Assembly: GCA_013265495.1 (NCBI GenBank) | Contig: MU058844.1 | Span: 12,794,184-12,858,183, forward strand | DNA from: Vicugna vicugna | Taxonomy: Eukaryota | Direction: 5' to 3' | Length of the DNA: 64,000 nucleotides | Shown: positions 1 to 12,709 of the stretch, piece after piece | Numbering within the stretch: the stretch's first letter is position 1 | Layout of the letters: each line of letters starts with the position of its first letter | The notes under the pieces: generated by a model | The model's input: the letters and a program-made list of their open reading frames with translations, nothing else | Told to the model about the DNA's origin: nothing | Database searches by the model: none | Position numbers and translations under genes: made by a program

Positions 1-285
1 CCTTTATGTTCCCACATCAATCGTTTATTTTGAGGAAGCCCAGGTCACATAGAAATGCCATGCGTACATGTTCCAGCCAACAGCCCGCATCTTCCTGTAC
101 ACGTGTGGATGAGGAAGCCTCAAAATGTCTCCAGCCCCAGCCAGTCTGACTGCAATTCCAAGAGACAGGACTTAGCCGAGCCCACTCACCTCCCAGAACT
201 ATGAGAGAAACTAATAAAAAGTGGACAATTGTTCTATGCTACTGAGTCCAGGTGGTTTGTTACACAGCTACAGATAGCTGAAACA
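1..285 (+). mobile_element. MaLR LTR (MLT1F/G/H-like), 3' part
   Basis: MLT1-type motifs 'gaggaagcccagg', 'cccagaactatgagag...aataaa' and terminal 'ggtggtttgttacacagctacagatagctgaaaca'. Confidence 0.75.
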
Positions 286-719
286 ATGAAGAATCCTCCC
301 AAAGGATTGAGGCAGATTTATCTCAACATTTTCTAGTCAGAAGCACCTAAAATTATTGTGTTCAGATCTAACCTATACCAAGGCTCCCATCACAGTTTCT
401 CTCAGGAGATGTTTGTATCCTTCAAAATAAGATCCTAAAATTTGTCTTTAACCTTCCTGAGGTAGACAAGCAGATAATTTTCCTGTGGCAAGTGGCATGT
501 ATGCTGTGACCCTAAGGACACTGAAGTAACAACTTATTTTCTGTTGAGAGCATCTGTACTACACCACAGAACCAAGGAGCTGTGTCTAGTGGGATATCGT
601 AGTTTATTGCTTTGTCTTTCGTATGCTCACATTTACTAGTTCATTCTGAGACTTTAATACAGTAAGTAAAAAGTAAGTTACTTTAAAGGAAAAAGTCAAT
701 AGTGAAACATTTTTTCTTT

Positions 720-1130
720 AAGTTGATGGAAGCCATTGAAAGACTTAAAAGGGAGAACAGCATGCTCTGACTTACATATTTAAAACAATGCTGTTTCTGT
801 TGTGTGGAGAATAGAAGAAGGAAGATGACTTAGGAGGTTAGGGCAGTCATCCTCAGGAAAGATGATAGACAAGAAATCAGTAGAATTTGATGCTGGATTA
901 GATATGGAAGATAAGAAAAATAAAATTATTAAGGATGATTTCCAGGTTTCTAGGATGAGCAGCTGTAAGAGAAAGTGGAAAGAGAAGTGGAACTGGAGGA
1001 GATGGAAAGATCAAAAGTCCAGTTTTAGCCATGTTCAAACTCAGATGTCTCCATGAATGAAAATATCAGGAAAAAGCAGTTGGATAATATACACTCTGGA
1101 TCCCCAAGGAGAGGTGTGGGCTGGAGAGGG
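720..1130 (-). mobile_element. LINE-2 fragment
   Basis: Purine-rich antisense L2 motifs: 'ggaagccattgaaag', 'tgtgtggagaataga', 'aaggatgatttccaggtttct', 'agttttagccatgtt', 'gggctggagag'. Confidence 0.65.
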
Positions 1131-1293
1131 GAAATAAGAATATAATCCAAGTTGCAAATGAGCTCCTGCATTTGTTGTTTAATCAAATGTGCTTAATCAA
1201 ATGTGCTTTTTATTTCCTTTAGCGTCGTCGAAAATTATTGTTCAGCCTTGCAGAAATGCAGTTGTGCCTTATTATGTAAGGTTGCTGAGAAAG

Positions 1294-1312
1294 GTCCGCC
1301 ATCTGGTGGACA
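1294..1312 (-). promoter_or_regulatory. CTCF-binding motif (reverse orientation)
   Basis: Reverse complement reads TGTCCACCAGATGGCGGAC, matching the CTCF core CCASYAGRKGGCRS. Confidence 0.6.
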
Positions 1313-1656
1313 GCCATGGAGAGCACTATAAATGTACCTCATCCAACAGGATGGAAACATTGCTGCCAAGTAACACAAATCTTTTAAATGTCATTGTCTT
1401 ATTAACAAACATTCACAACTTTATCTATACTTCTCATTAAGGAAAATTGGTTGCCATGTTTAAACCTAAATCACATCAAAGCGTACAGCATTGAAAAGCT
1501 TTATAAAAGGAATCTTTGGTTTTATAGAGTATTAAAACCAACATTAAGTGTAATTCCCCAAACTGGATTTTCTAGGAACTGCATCAGAGAAGATGTAGTC
1601 TATGGACTGTTTGACAGAAAATAAGCTGATACTTATTTTTCCCCTCAGGGAACAGC

Positions 1657-1852
1657 CAGTGGGTGCTGGATCTGGCTTACTCAGGCTCTTGAGAGCTAAG
1701 TGTGCACAGCTCTTCCCTCTTTGGTGATTTCAGGCTAGGAGCTTAGAATTGGCCATGGTGGGAGTATTTATACTAATGAAGGCAACAAAACTTCAAATCA
1801 GAGTTTTGTCTTTGTTTTTGTTTTCAGAAAGCCAGTTTACCAGCATACTATG
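1657..1852 (+). mobile_element. MER63-like hAT DNA transposon relic
   Basis: Termini cagtgggtgctgga...taccagcatactatg; internal 'ttggccatggtgggagtatttatac' typical of MER63A. Confidence 0.75.
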
Positions 1853-2969
1853 CATATATCTCTTTTTTCTCGATTCCGCCAATCTTAAAAAAAAAAAAAA
1901 AGCATTCCATGGAACACTTGTTTTAAAATAAATTTTACTTACATAGACATTTCCAAATTTGGGAGACCATGGAATCTTTTAGAAAATGTTATTTGAGTTT
2001 CATATTTTGCTTTTCTTCTAGTTGGAGGAGCCCAGAGTGAATTTTTTGGTTGTTCATAATTAAAATTATTACATAAAACTAATAGATCTCAAATTGTTAT
2101 AGTCTTAGTAGGACCATTACCAGTCCTGGCATTTGGATTTCTTGAAATGATGATGTGCAAAGAATGACCATTATCTCCAAAATTGGGACCAGAAATCTAA
2201 AAGCTCGACATACACTTCAGTGGAAGAACATGTGCTTTGAGATTGTCCTGATCTATTTTTAGGGGGATGGACTTGAGAGGTATAAGTTCTTATTGTATTT
2301 GTCTGATGACTCAGAAATAGTCCCTCTGATGTTTTCTGAGAGCACTGTGATCAGCTTACCTTTGCCTCTAGTTACATTGCCTTAAAGAGGCTTAAGCCAT
2401 ATATATATAATGAAATTCATTTTTTTAAATCTAAATCTTTTGTTAACACATAAGGACAAGTCTTAGACATAGAGCTATTGGATTAGGGTCTTTATGTTCA
2501 GTTCTTCACCATGCCATATTCTAAAACACAATTTTCAGATCTCATGGGTCTTATAAACTCTCAGATCAAAGAAAATGCAGCTTTCTGCTTCCTGAAACAG
2601 AAATGAATAGGTCTGTTTCACGTCAGCTGAGATTCAATATGGTAGAGAAATTTCGTTTAGTGGAAGAATTCACAGGCTCCTTTGATTAGCCCCCAGTGTG
2701 TAAGTGATAGTATTTTATAATTAGTGCAAATGGTTTGATATGGAGATTTGATCCCCATTTCAAAGGGCAAGGGAGACAGCATTATTGGATATTAAGGGTG
2801 ACAACTGGAAAAGTTCTACTAATATAATTAATACATTCACAACCAGGTAGATTGAACTTTCACTCCTACACCTAGCATAAAACTTCAAAAGATATTTGTT
2901 CATTTTTTACAAAATTACAAAGGTAAAAAATGAATGCAATTATTTATTTAATGCCTGTTTTCCTCAGGG

Positions 2970-3072
2970 GACTGAGAGTTCCATGAGGTCAGGGATCATA
3001 TCTGTCTTGTAAATACTGTATTCTCAGTGTCTGGTATATAGTTGAGAATTCATAAATATTTACTGAATGAAC
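2970..3072 (+). mobile_element. LINE-2 3' end
   Basis: 'ttccatgaggtcagggatcatatctgtcttgt...ataaatatttactgaatgaa'. Confidence 0.65.
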
Positions 3073-4715
3073 AAATAGAGTATAGATATTATGTATGATA
3101 TTATAAACTGGATCTAATACAGGTCTATTTAAATTTGTTTTGCAGGTATTCTGGCTTACACAGAATGCCATTCTGGCTTTTACAGGTGATCACATAAAGG
3201 AGATTAGGAGGCCTTATTTAATAACTATCTCATGATATATAGGGTTCTGATTGTTAAGGGTCTGAATTTAAGATAGTAAGGAAATTTTCCTGGTTCTGGG
3301 ATTGTCAGACACTAGTTGAGGGAAAAACAGTCCCCCTGTACTGTTTTGGGGGTCACTCTTCCTGCTTTCCTTTAGAGAAAATGAGGTCTGTGGTTTTCCT
3401 GAGGTACTTAGTCATCATGCTTTCCTGCCCTTCCTTTTCACAGAATGAAGGAACCTGAAGTAAACGCACAAAAAACATGTCATAGGCAAGGTGATGTTGG
3501 TTTTACGTGGGAATAGTTTCTTCCCAAACCAAATGTTTCTTAAATATGTTATAGTCAAAATTTATCATCTTCCTGGTCAACATTCCCTATCATCTGAACT
3601 CTAGAGATACGGTTAACCTTATCTCTTCCCAGTTCCCCTTCATGCTGTTGGCAGACCCATCTCCTTTGTGTGACATGGTTGGATAATGCTTTTGTTTTCT
3701 TCATATCTTCAAAGCTCTTTTTCACTTACACAAATGCTGTCAGTTCTAGAAATGCCACCTCATATCTGAGACTTTCTATGAGACTTTCTTTGAAATTTTG
3801 CCAAGTTAAGCCTAGTATGTATATCTTTATAAAACAAAATGTCACCCACTCAACCGTGGCGATAAAGGGATTAATAGTAAAGTCCTCAACTCAGTTCAAT
3901 GTCATTACACAAAAGTGTCAAGGATCTTTACTTATGTGGGATCCACACTCAGTACGGACTCCAAGCAGGAAGATCTTTCTTATCACAGCTCAATGGCCAG
4001 AAAAACACATGATCAATTTCTACAGGGAGAGTACAGACCCAGAACATTGAGGTTAGAGAGACCAAACTGCAGAATCATCTAGTCATTCTCAGTTCAATGA
4101 GTAAAGATTCTTATGTACCACTACAATGAGAATGGTAACAGTTCACTCCTTGGGATTTTCCTTTTAATATATAGAGGAAACAAAATGAGGTATGTGGAAA
4201 CATTTTGTAAAATGCAAAGAGGAAAGGGGCTTACATTCATTGAGCAGTTAGTTACCAAGTGCCAGACAACGTATTATCAAATGTAGCACAGGTGTGGCTT
4301 TCTTGGATCTCTGCTTATTGCACTCTGGGGGAGCACCCAACAGTAATGTTAATTTTCAAGACTCATCATCCTCTATCTTCTCTCATGTAGAAGAAGACCT
4401 CCATATTTGAATGCTCAGACTTGCTGTTAAAGTCATTCTCGGCTGTTTGTCTAAATTTATAGTGGTTTCAGAGAAGTTTATCTACCTTTGTTTTATTTTT
4501 TAACGACAATATTTACTATAGCTACATCTAAAATTGTTATACCTACTCTTACGTTGTAGTATTTCAATTAAATTAATTTTATTACTTTCTCTCTCAGTCT
4601 TAAGTAAGGGATAGGAATTGTCATTCCAATGGGAAAAGCAGTTGCCCATTAAAGTAGCTGAAAGTAGTTGGAGTAAAAACTAGTGGTCCATGAAAGTAGT
4701 TGAAAGAGAGCCCCT

Positions 4716-6200
4716 CAAAGGAGAAAAAGCTGTCTCTTCGTAAATAGTGCTCGGAAAACTGGACATTCCCACGTGAAATAATGAAACAAGACCCCTGTCT
4801 TACACCACTGACAAAAATTAACTCAAAATGAATTAAAGACTTTAACATAAGACCTGAACCATGAAACTCCTAGAAGAAAACAGGAAAAAGCTTCCCTGAC
4901 ATGGGTCTTGGCAATGATTTTTTGGCTATGACACCTAAAGTAAAAATAAACAAGCTGGGTTATATAAAACTAAAAAGCCTCTTCACAGAAAAAGAAACAA
5001 TCAACAAAGTAAAAAGACAACCATGAAATGGGAAAAAAATATTTGTTAACCAGATATCTGATAAGGGGTAAATATCCATAAAGTATAAAGAATTCATACA
5101 ACTCAATAGCCAAAAAAACTCAAAAAACAAAAAAACAAAACAACGCCCTCCAAAAAACCCCAAACCGAAACACCAAATAATCTAATTAAAAGATGAGTAA
5201 AAGATCTGAATAGACATTTTCCAAAGAAGATATATAAAAGGCCAACAGGTACATCAAAAGATGCTCAACATCACTGGTCATTAGGGAAATGCAAATTAAA
5301 ACCACAATGTGATACCACCTTTGCATGTTAAAGTGGCCATCACAAAAAGAGATAGTAAGAGATAAATACTGGTGAGTATGTGGGGAAAAGGGAACACTTG
5401 TGCACTGTTGGTGAGATTGTAAACTGGTACAGCCACAAGGAAAACGGTATGGAGGATCCTCAAAATATTACAAATAGAAGTACTATGTGATCCAGCCATT
5501 ACACTTCTGGGAATATATCCAAAATGAAAACACTAACTCAGAAAGGTATCTGCACCCACATGTTCATAGCTGCATTATTTACAATAGCCAAAACATGTAA
5601 ACAACTTAAGTGCCTGTTCACAGATGTATGGATAAAGAAGCTGCAGTATATATATAATATAATACGGTTCAGCCATTAAAAAATGAGGGAATCTTGCCAT
5701 TTATAACAACATGGATGGACCTTGAGGGCTTTATGCTAAGTGAAATAAGTCAGACAAAGAAAGGAAAGAAAATACTGTATGATCTCACTTAAATGTGGAG
5801 TCTTAGAAAAACAAATCACAGGAAAAGATCACATTTGTGGTTAACAGAGGTAGGAGGGTGGTTGTTAGGGAAGGATGAATTGGAGGAAGGTGGTCAAAAG
5901 GTACAAACTTTCAGTTTCAAGATAAATAAGTATTCGGGATATAACACACAGCATGATAACTATAGTTAACATTCTTGTATGATATATAGAAAAGTTAAGA
6001 GGGTAAATCCTAAAAGTTCTCATCACAAGGAAAAAATGTTTTTCTTTGTTTGCTTCCTCTTTTTATTTTATCTATATGTGATGATGAATGCTAACTAAAC
6101 ATTATTATCACAATATAAGCAAAACCATTATGCTGCATAACTTAAACTTATACAGTGATGTAAGTCAATTATATCTCAATAAAACTGGAAGAAAAAAAAA
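4716..6200 (+). mobile_element. 5'-truncated LINE-1 (end of ORF2 + 3'UTR, L1MA9/10-like)
   Basis: Decayed ORF2 3' sequence ('aaaaattaactcaaaatg', 'ttagggaaatgcaaattaaaaccacaatg'), 3'UTR, AATAAA and A-tail; degenerate TSD gaaagagagcccct (4702-4715) / aaagggagagccccct (~6199-6214). Confidence 0.9.
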
Positions 6201-6384
6201 AGGGAGAGCCCCCTGAGCAGAAGCCTTTCTTAAGACACATCTCCTAAGAAGGCATTAATGAATCTCTGGGTACAATCATATAATAAAGACTGATAATCCA
6301 TGCCAAAATGTGCTATTTCCTTTTCATTCTGTGAGAAGGAAAAGGGAAGAAAGGCACATAGATATTTTAACTGTACAAAGTGGA

Positions 6385-6545
6385 AGAAACAAAGACTTTG
6401 AAACCACACAGAACCTGGTTTCAAATGTCATTCCATTACTTCCTAATTGATCTTGGAGAAGTTACTTAACCTCTTTGTACTTTGATTTCTCTCATGAAAA
6501 TCCAGACAAAAATATCTAAATGTTGTGAGAATTAACTGACATACA
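6385..6545 (+). mobile_element. MIR SINE
   Basis: MIR core 'cctggtttcaaatg...gatcttggagaagttacttaacctctttgtactttgatttctc'. Confidence 0.7.
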
Positions 6546-6849
6546 ATTTAGCATAATAAATAACATATAGAATCATTCTATATATATTGCTTTATAAGAG
6601 CTATCTTTGTGCTATATGGACCACAGAGAAGCTACAGACTACTGATAGATTTCTCTAGAGAGAAACTCTACAGAGAATTAAAATACTTACTGCATTTTTC
6701 ATTTCCCCCTTTACATTTATATTGCAAAGAGACAATATAAAGCAGTCTAGCTATAACCACAGTCTTCTAATATTTGTAAGTGCTGTAAAATTAGCTCCCC
6801 CTTGAGTATAGCCACTTACAATAATGCTGACTTCTTTGAACAGCATTAC

Positions 6850-7430
6850 CATTTCCCAGTAATTCATGCTTGAAACTCTAGTCATTAAAAAAAATTTTTT
6901 TTCAACTGAAGTAGAGTCATTTTTGACAACCACTTCTCCCTCACCACCACATTCTGATCTTACTTCCTCATTGTTCTCAAAATCTGTCTCCATTCATCTC
7001 CACTTCTTGGGTCACCACCCTAGTTCAGGCCTCCAGTTTGGTTTTCTTGCCTCAGGTCTCTTTTCTCCACCAAATTCTTTTCATCTATAGTTGCCAAAAA
7101 AATGTTAAGCAAATAATGCTTTGATTTTAAGCCTGTTTCACCCCATCACCTCTGCCTCTGCTGAAACATCTCTGATAGCCCCCCACTGCTTATCAAATGA
7201 ACCCTAGGCATTCAACACCTCCACGAGATGACCCTATACTGCCTTTCTGGCCTTGTCTTTAATTACTCTGCTATCTGCATCCTCCTTGCTTTCCCTTAAG
7301 CAAGGAGAAATGCTTTCTTACCTCCATAAATCTACTATTATTTCTTACATTTTGAAAAACTACACTTTCATTTCACCTATTCAAATCATGTCATCCTGTA
7401 AGGCCAAAAGCAAATGCCATATCTCTAACA
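6850..7430 (+). mobile_element. LINE-2 fragment
   Basis: Pyrimidine-rich degenerate L2 body ('ctcaaaatctgtctccattcatctccact', 'ccccactgcttat'). Confidence 0.55.
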
Positions 7431-7689
7431 AAGGAAAGAGTAGATCTGCAGAACATTCTTTTTAAAAGTAATAAACTTACTTAATTCAATAGTAAATTAA
7501 TCAATAAATATATAAATGAAATAAAATTCTACCCTGAAGAGCTACGTTGGTTCCTGGGAACAAGATTAAGAATTAAAATGGAATCATTACAAGATTATGT
7601 GGGGTTTTATTAGGTAGATAAAAATAGAGGCAAGAAATATTTACTTTGGCAAAAAGAATGGAGGGCAAGAAATGGGGAACATTTACAAT

Positions 7690-7930
7690 GCTCCTTCTGT
7701 TTCCAATTACATATGTGTATGAGGCTGGATTTTCTTCATTTATTTCAACCAAAACAACATATCAGAACAGACTGAATATACACGTAGATATAAGCATTGA
7801 ACTGTCCTCTATTAAACCAGATATTAAAGAGATTTGCAAAAATGTAAAACCAATGTCACTCTTCTCACTAAATGATTTTGGAAAATACAGTTAATTTTCA
7901 TGAAATACATATGATTTATGTTAAACTATG
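7690..7930 (+). mobile_element. Charlie1-like hAT transposon fragment
   Basis: 'tgaggctggattttcttcatttatttcaaccaaaacaacatatc...tctattaaaccagatattaaagagatttgcaaaaatgtaaaac'. Confidence 0.7.
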
Positions 7931-7934
7931 TAAC

Positions 7935-9080
7935 TGCTATAGACATTCCAGTTCAAAAAGGGGGAAAGTGGAAAGTGAAAAAGAGTCCCTAGGCCATAAC
8001 TGTTTTGAAATACAACTAAGTGAATGTTGAGAGTTCCTTGATTAGATTCTTTGGCTTGAAAATAAGCCTCCATGGCTTTTGGTTCTGTCCTCTGGGTTCT
8101 TGGGTCAGCCCTCTGAGTCATCCTTTTCCATGCAAGACGACACGTGTTCACAAATAAGTATGAGCAGGTTTATCAGCTTACTTCCTGCCAGTAAAATTTA
8201 GGGGATCTGAGAGCTTCCTTTAGTTTTTTCCTCTCCCTGTCCTCATTCCAAGCTGACAGTGTTTCTGATGAAATACATTTCTCAAGAACTTTGTGGGTCT
8301 CTATGTATTTCAGTGAGGTTCACTCCTTTAGACAGAAACAACACAATCCACAGATTGTTTCAAAATACTTCTCTATCTTTGGCTCTGGCTGAGAGTCTAA
8401 GACTGAGAGATACAACCCTTAAATTTCTTACAGGTCCAGTGATTTGACTGAGAGGATCTGAGGCACATCCTTTGTCTCTTGAAATGGCCCTTTGTGTGAC
8501 TAAACACCCTGACCTTTTGATCTCTTTGAGGTTTTAACAAAAGATTGTAAAGTTACTCCCTGGGCATATTTCTCTAGAGCAGGCTTTCCTGACAATGTTC
8601 AAAAGCCATCTCCTAGCGTTAATATTTTTTACCATGTGGGGTAAAAAACAGTTTAACAGTTTTCCTCTTAAACTGTTTCTCTCTCTCTCTCTTTTTTTCA
8701 TTTTGCTCTGTGTATTAAGAATAAACCAGTGTCAACCTTCAACACTTTGCTTGGAAATCAGCTTAACTATATAATGAAGTTCATCACTTACAAGTTTAGC
8801 TTTCAACATAACTGTAGGAGATAATTTCACTAAATTTTTGTTACTGTGTAACAAGGATTCTCCTTCTTCTAGCTTCCAATAACATGTTCCTCCCATCCTT
8901 CTGAGCCCTTCATAGCAATGTCCTCAGTATCCATATTTCTACTGATAGTCATGGTGATTAAATTTCTCTATGATGCTCTTCAATATTCTTCCAGCCTCCA
9001 CCCATCACTCAGTTCCAAAACCGCAGACACATTTTTAGGTATTCGTTACAACAACACCCCATTCCTAGGTAGCAAAAATC
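7935..9080 (-). mobile_element. MaLR internal sequence (MLT1-int), 5' portion
   Basis: On the minus strand it follows the LTR directly with 'gatttttgctacctaggaatggggtgttgttgtaac', resembling the MLT-int start GATTTTGGTACC...GGGGTGCTGCTGTAAC. Confidence 0.7.
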
Positions 9081-9705
9081 TGTATTAGTTTTCTATTTCT
9101 GTGTAATAAAGTCCATAAATTTATCAGCTTAAAACAATACATACTTATTATCTCTGTTTCTGTGGGTCAAGAGTTCAGGCACAGCTTAGTTGGAGTTTCC
9201 ACTTTTGGGTGTCCCATTGAGTGTGTTTGCTGGGTTGTGTTCCCATCTGCAAACTCTATCTGCTTCCAAACTCTGAACTTGCTGGCAGAATTCATTTCTT
9301 TGCAGTTGCAGGACTAAGAGATTCAGCAGTTTTTTGCTGACTATCAGCCAGAGGCTGTCTCCCATTTCTAGAGGCCATCTGAGGTCCCTGTCACATGGTT
9401 CTCTCCATAGGCAGTTTACAACATAGTAGCTTGCTTCTTGAAAGACAGCAGCAAAGTGAGAAAGAGCAATTCTGCTAGCAAGATGGATTCTTACACAGTG
9501 TAACATAATGATGGGAGTGATGGATCCCATAGCATCTGCCATATAATGTAATATAATTATGGGAGTATCATCCTACCACTTTTGCCATATTCTCTTGGAA
9601 GCAATTCACAGATTCCACCTACATTTAGGATCAGGAGCTTAAAAAAGGGCATTAATACTACAAGGCAGGGATCACTGTTAGTTACCTTAGGGTCTATCTG
9701 CCACA
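9081..9705 (-). mobile_element. MLT1E-like LTR (5' LTR of the MaLR element)
   Basis: Minus strand begins tgtggcagatagaccctaaggt and ends aatagaaaactaataca (TG...CA). Confidence 0.8.
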
Positions 9706-9996
9706 CTGAACAATGGGGGATGGGAACTAGTGGATAAATGCTCTTTTCTTCTTCATTCAGGCAGGTAATTCTAGATGAATTCTGCACAATTTTTCAAAGA
9801 TCTAGAAAAATGAACCCTTGTTGCTTATAGCAATGTCTAGATTGATAATGTTGTTTTGAATTAGCTTTCCTTCCTTTCATGCTTTAGTTTCCCAGTTCTT
9901 CACTCTTATTCACTGGGATCTCTTTCCACCATCAACTACTTGTATGTAAGTTATTGTCTTAGACTCTAATTTCTGGGAGAAATCCAGGCTAAGACA
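9706..9996 (+). mobile_element. Old ERVL LTR fragment (LTR16/LTR33-like)
   Basis: 3' end 'actacttgtatgtaag...ttgtcttagactctaatttctgggagaaatccaggctaagaca'. Confidence 0.55.
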
Positions 9997-10699
9997 GAAG
10001 GAGTGAATAAACCTGTATAGATGGTACATTACAAAATCAGTAGACAGTAAGTAGATTCTCCTTCCCACAGAAGAATGATGATCCTCCCCCACCTCCCATA
10101 AAATTTCTCTGAACTATCTTTAATGAAGCAATGCTAAGATTTCATGAAAGAAAGCAAAGGAAGCAAAGGAAAGTTTTCCAAGATACAGCATCTAAACTCT
10201 GTCTGCCACAAAGCCAGAACTTACCCTGGATGCTAGATTGGGCTAGGCTGGCAAGCAGAGCTTAATTATTTTCTCTTGTAGAGAGAGAGCTCTATCAAGT
10301 ATGAACTTGGCAAAGCTTAACAGCTCAAAAGAATGACAGAAGTATTTGAATATAGAGAAGAAAACTATTAAAGAATATTTATCACTGCAAAAAAGCACTA
10401 GTTCTCTTTATTTATTTCTGTTTTCATGGTGCCTATCATCTGAGCGGTGACTATCATTCACTCTACTTTGGCCAAGTTATTGGTCAAATCAATGATTGTC
10501 AGATCATATGCTTGGGGAGAGTATGGACAGAACTACAAAGATAGGGAAACATGAACTTGAGGAAAGTTGTGAGGAAGAAAAACCAGGGAGGCACTTATGA
10601 AAAGGATCTGAGTCAGAGTCATATGGACACCATGTCTAGCACAGGGAATGATTATAATCTTCACATAAAACTTTGAAAACATGCAATTTCACATCTTTT

Positions 10700-10868
10700 T
10701 GAGGATAGATGCTATTATTAGCCTGTTCCCTAAGTATGGGGAAACTCTTAACCTCAGCTAGGATGTTGAGTAATTTTCCCAAGGTCACAACAGCTCGTGA
10801 ATAACAAAGCCAAGACCCAAGATCATGTCTACTTACACTAAAGTTAAGGCCTTTAACCACTGCATCAC
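10700..10868 (-). mobile_element. MIR SINE
   Basis: 'atggggaaact...gagtaattttcccaaggtcacaacagct...ctttaaccactgca'. Confidence 0.7.
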
Positions 10869-10989
10869 CTGTTGCCTCAGGTATCAACACAGGAAATCTC
10901 AATTTTAAAAATATTGTAAAAGAAGTTAAGTTTTTCCATATCTCATTTTAGTCACTTAAACTAGTGAGCTTAAAGTTTCCAATCTTCTC

Positions 10990-11225
10990 TGAAAAATATA
11001 AACTAATCAATAGCGACAAAATCACATTAGTGGTTACTTGAGGATAGGAGAGGCCTGGGAGGGGCGGGAGGAGAAAGAAAGAAATACTAAGTGGCACAAA
11101 AAAACTTTGGGAGTGATAAATATGTTTACTATCTTGTTTCAGTTTCATGGTTGTATACATACATCAAACTTATCAAAATATACTTTAAATAAGTACACTT
11201 TATTGCACGTCAATTATACTTCAAA
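10990..11225 (+). mobile_element. Old LINE-1 3' end (L1ME/MD-like)
   Basis: 'aaactaatcaatagcgacaaaatcacattagtggttac...aaactttgggagtgataaatatgtttactatcttg...tcaattatacttcaa'. Confidence 0.7.
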
Positions 11226-11591
11226 TTGCAGATGAGGAAGTAGGTATTAAGAAGTTAAACTGTCTTGTCCAAGATTAGTCAGAGAGGTGGTAGCAGAGAC
11301 AGAATAAAAATGCAGTTCTTAAGATTCTTGAACAAGCACTTTTTTCCCCTCTCAATTTGATGTTATTCCCACCTGGTTTCAAAAAGGATTTGAAGAGACA
11401 TAATATATGACATGAAAGAAAGAAGAGAATCACATTTAGGAAGAACACTGGGTTAACTTACTTATCTCAGTTGAGCCCTGGAAATCCACTGTGAATTCAT
11501 TTGATGGAAAAGTTCAATGCATCCCTTTAGAAGTTTGTAATCATATGCAATTTACTGAGAAATCTATATTTTTAGGAAATCTATAATTGTG

Positions 11592-11610
11592 TGACCAGCA
11601 GGGGGCAACT
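11592..11610 (+). promoter_or_regulatory. CTCF-binding motif (forward orientation)
   Basis: TGACCAGCAGGGGGCAACT, a close match to the CTCF core, in non-repetitive sequence. Confidence 0.6.
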
Positions 11611-12013
11611 AAATACTTCAGAAACAGCATCTTATACAGGAGGACAAATTAAAATTGGAGACTGTTAGCATTCTCAGTTGTGTAGGAGAACTGAATTCCT
11701 TCTAAAATGATAATTAACACCTAGACACACATTCTTACAACACTGAGTTTGTGAAGATAATTAGAACGCTCCCCTGAGTAGACAGACTATAAAACCACAT
11801 TCTAAGGCCTATATGTGGCAGAGTGTTTTGGCTGTTTTTTCAGTTTATAAGATTCTTTGCAAAAAACTATGTATTTTATAATTAAGTTTTTAAAAAATCT
11901 TGTATTATAGAAAATATAATAAACATTGACTTATTTTTGTAGATTATTCTAGCCTAGGATTCTGCTATTTTACTTGACATTTTAAAATATAAATAGTTTG
12001 CATAGGATTTTGT

Positions 12014-12064
12014 TGTGTGTGTGCGTGTGTGTGTGTGTGTGTATACATAGAGAGAGAGAGAGAG
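12014..12064. repeat. Compound (GT)n/(GA)n microsatellite
   Basis: Directly visible; lies at the microsatellite-prone end of the adjacent MLT2 LTR. Confidence 0.9.
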
Positions 12065-12356
12065 ATTCATTAATGGGTACAGATTTGTTTATTTTAAAGA
12101 ACTGGCTCACGTGACTGTGAAGACTCAGAGAAGAGTTGCAGTCTGCTGGCAGAATTCCTTCTTGCTGGAGGAGGTCAGTCTTTGTTCTATTAAGGCCCTC
12201 AACTGATTGGATGAGGCCCTCCCCCATCCCCAAAATCTACCAATTTAAATGTTAATCTCATCGAAAAACACCTGCACAGAAACATCAAAGTAAACTTTGA
12301 CAAAATAGCTGGGCACTATAGCCCAGCCAAATTTACATATAAAATTAACCATCACA
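12065..12356 (-). mobile_element. MLT2 (ERVL) LTR
   Basis: 'aagaactggctcacgtgactgtg', 'caactgattggatgaggccc', terminal 'aaaattaaccatcaca'. Confidence 0.8.
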
Positions 12357-12539
12357 GTTGTTCCATTTGTTTATATCAATCTCAAAGTTGGAATAGATCT
12401 AAATGGTCAAATAATCTAACACTCCTCCAGATGGAAATGCAGTGCCTGACACAAAGAGAGCATTTAGTAAATGTATTGTGATTTGAATTGAGCTGAATTA
12501 AATATCCTTAGTGATGGCTAGGTTCTGCCAGGCTTCCAG

Positions 12540-12708
12540 CGTGATGTTAAGAAGTATAGGATTTAGGTATAAACTCTGGAGTCAGATTATCCTGGTTCAC
12601 ATAAATGGCACCTCTGCTTACTTCTGTGTAAACCTGAATGAGTTACTTAACCTTGCTAAGCCTCCATTTCCTCACCTATGCAAAGGGAACAATAATAATA
12701 GCCATTAA
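12540..12708 (+). mobile_element. MIR SINE
   Basis: 'ctctggagtcagattatcctggttc...gagttacttaaccttgctaagcctccatttcctcacctatgcaaaggg'. Confidence 0.75.
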
Positions 12709-12709
12709 T

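Noticed and set aside
3670..4050. 126-aa ORF in unique sequence
   Set aside because: GTG start, no recognisable homology and no convincing flanking splice signals
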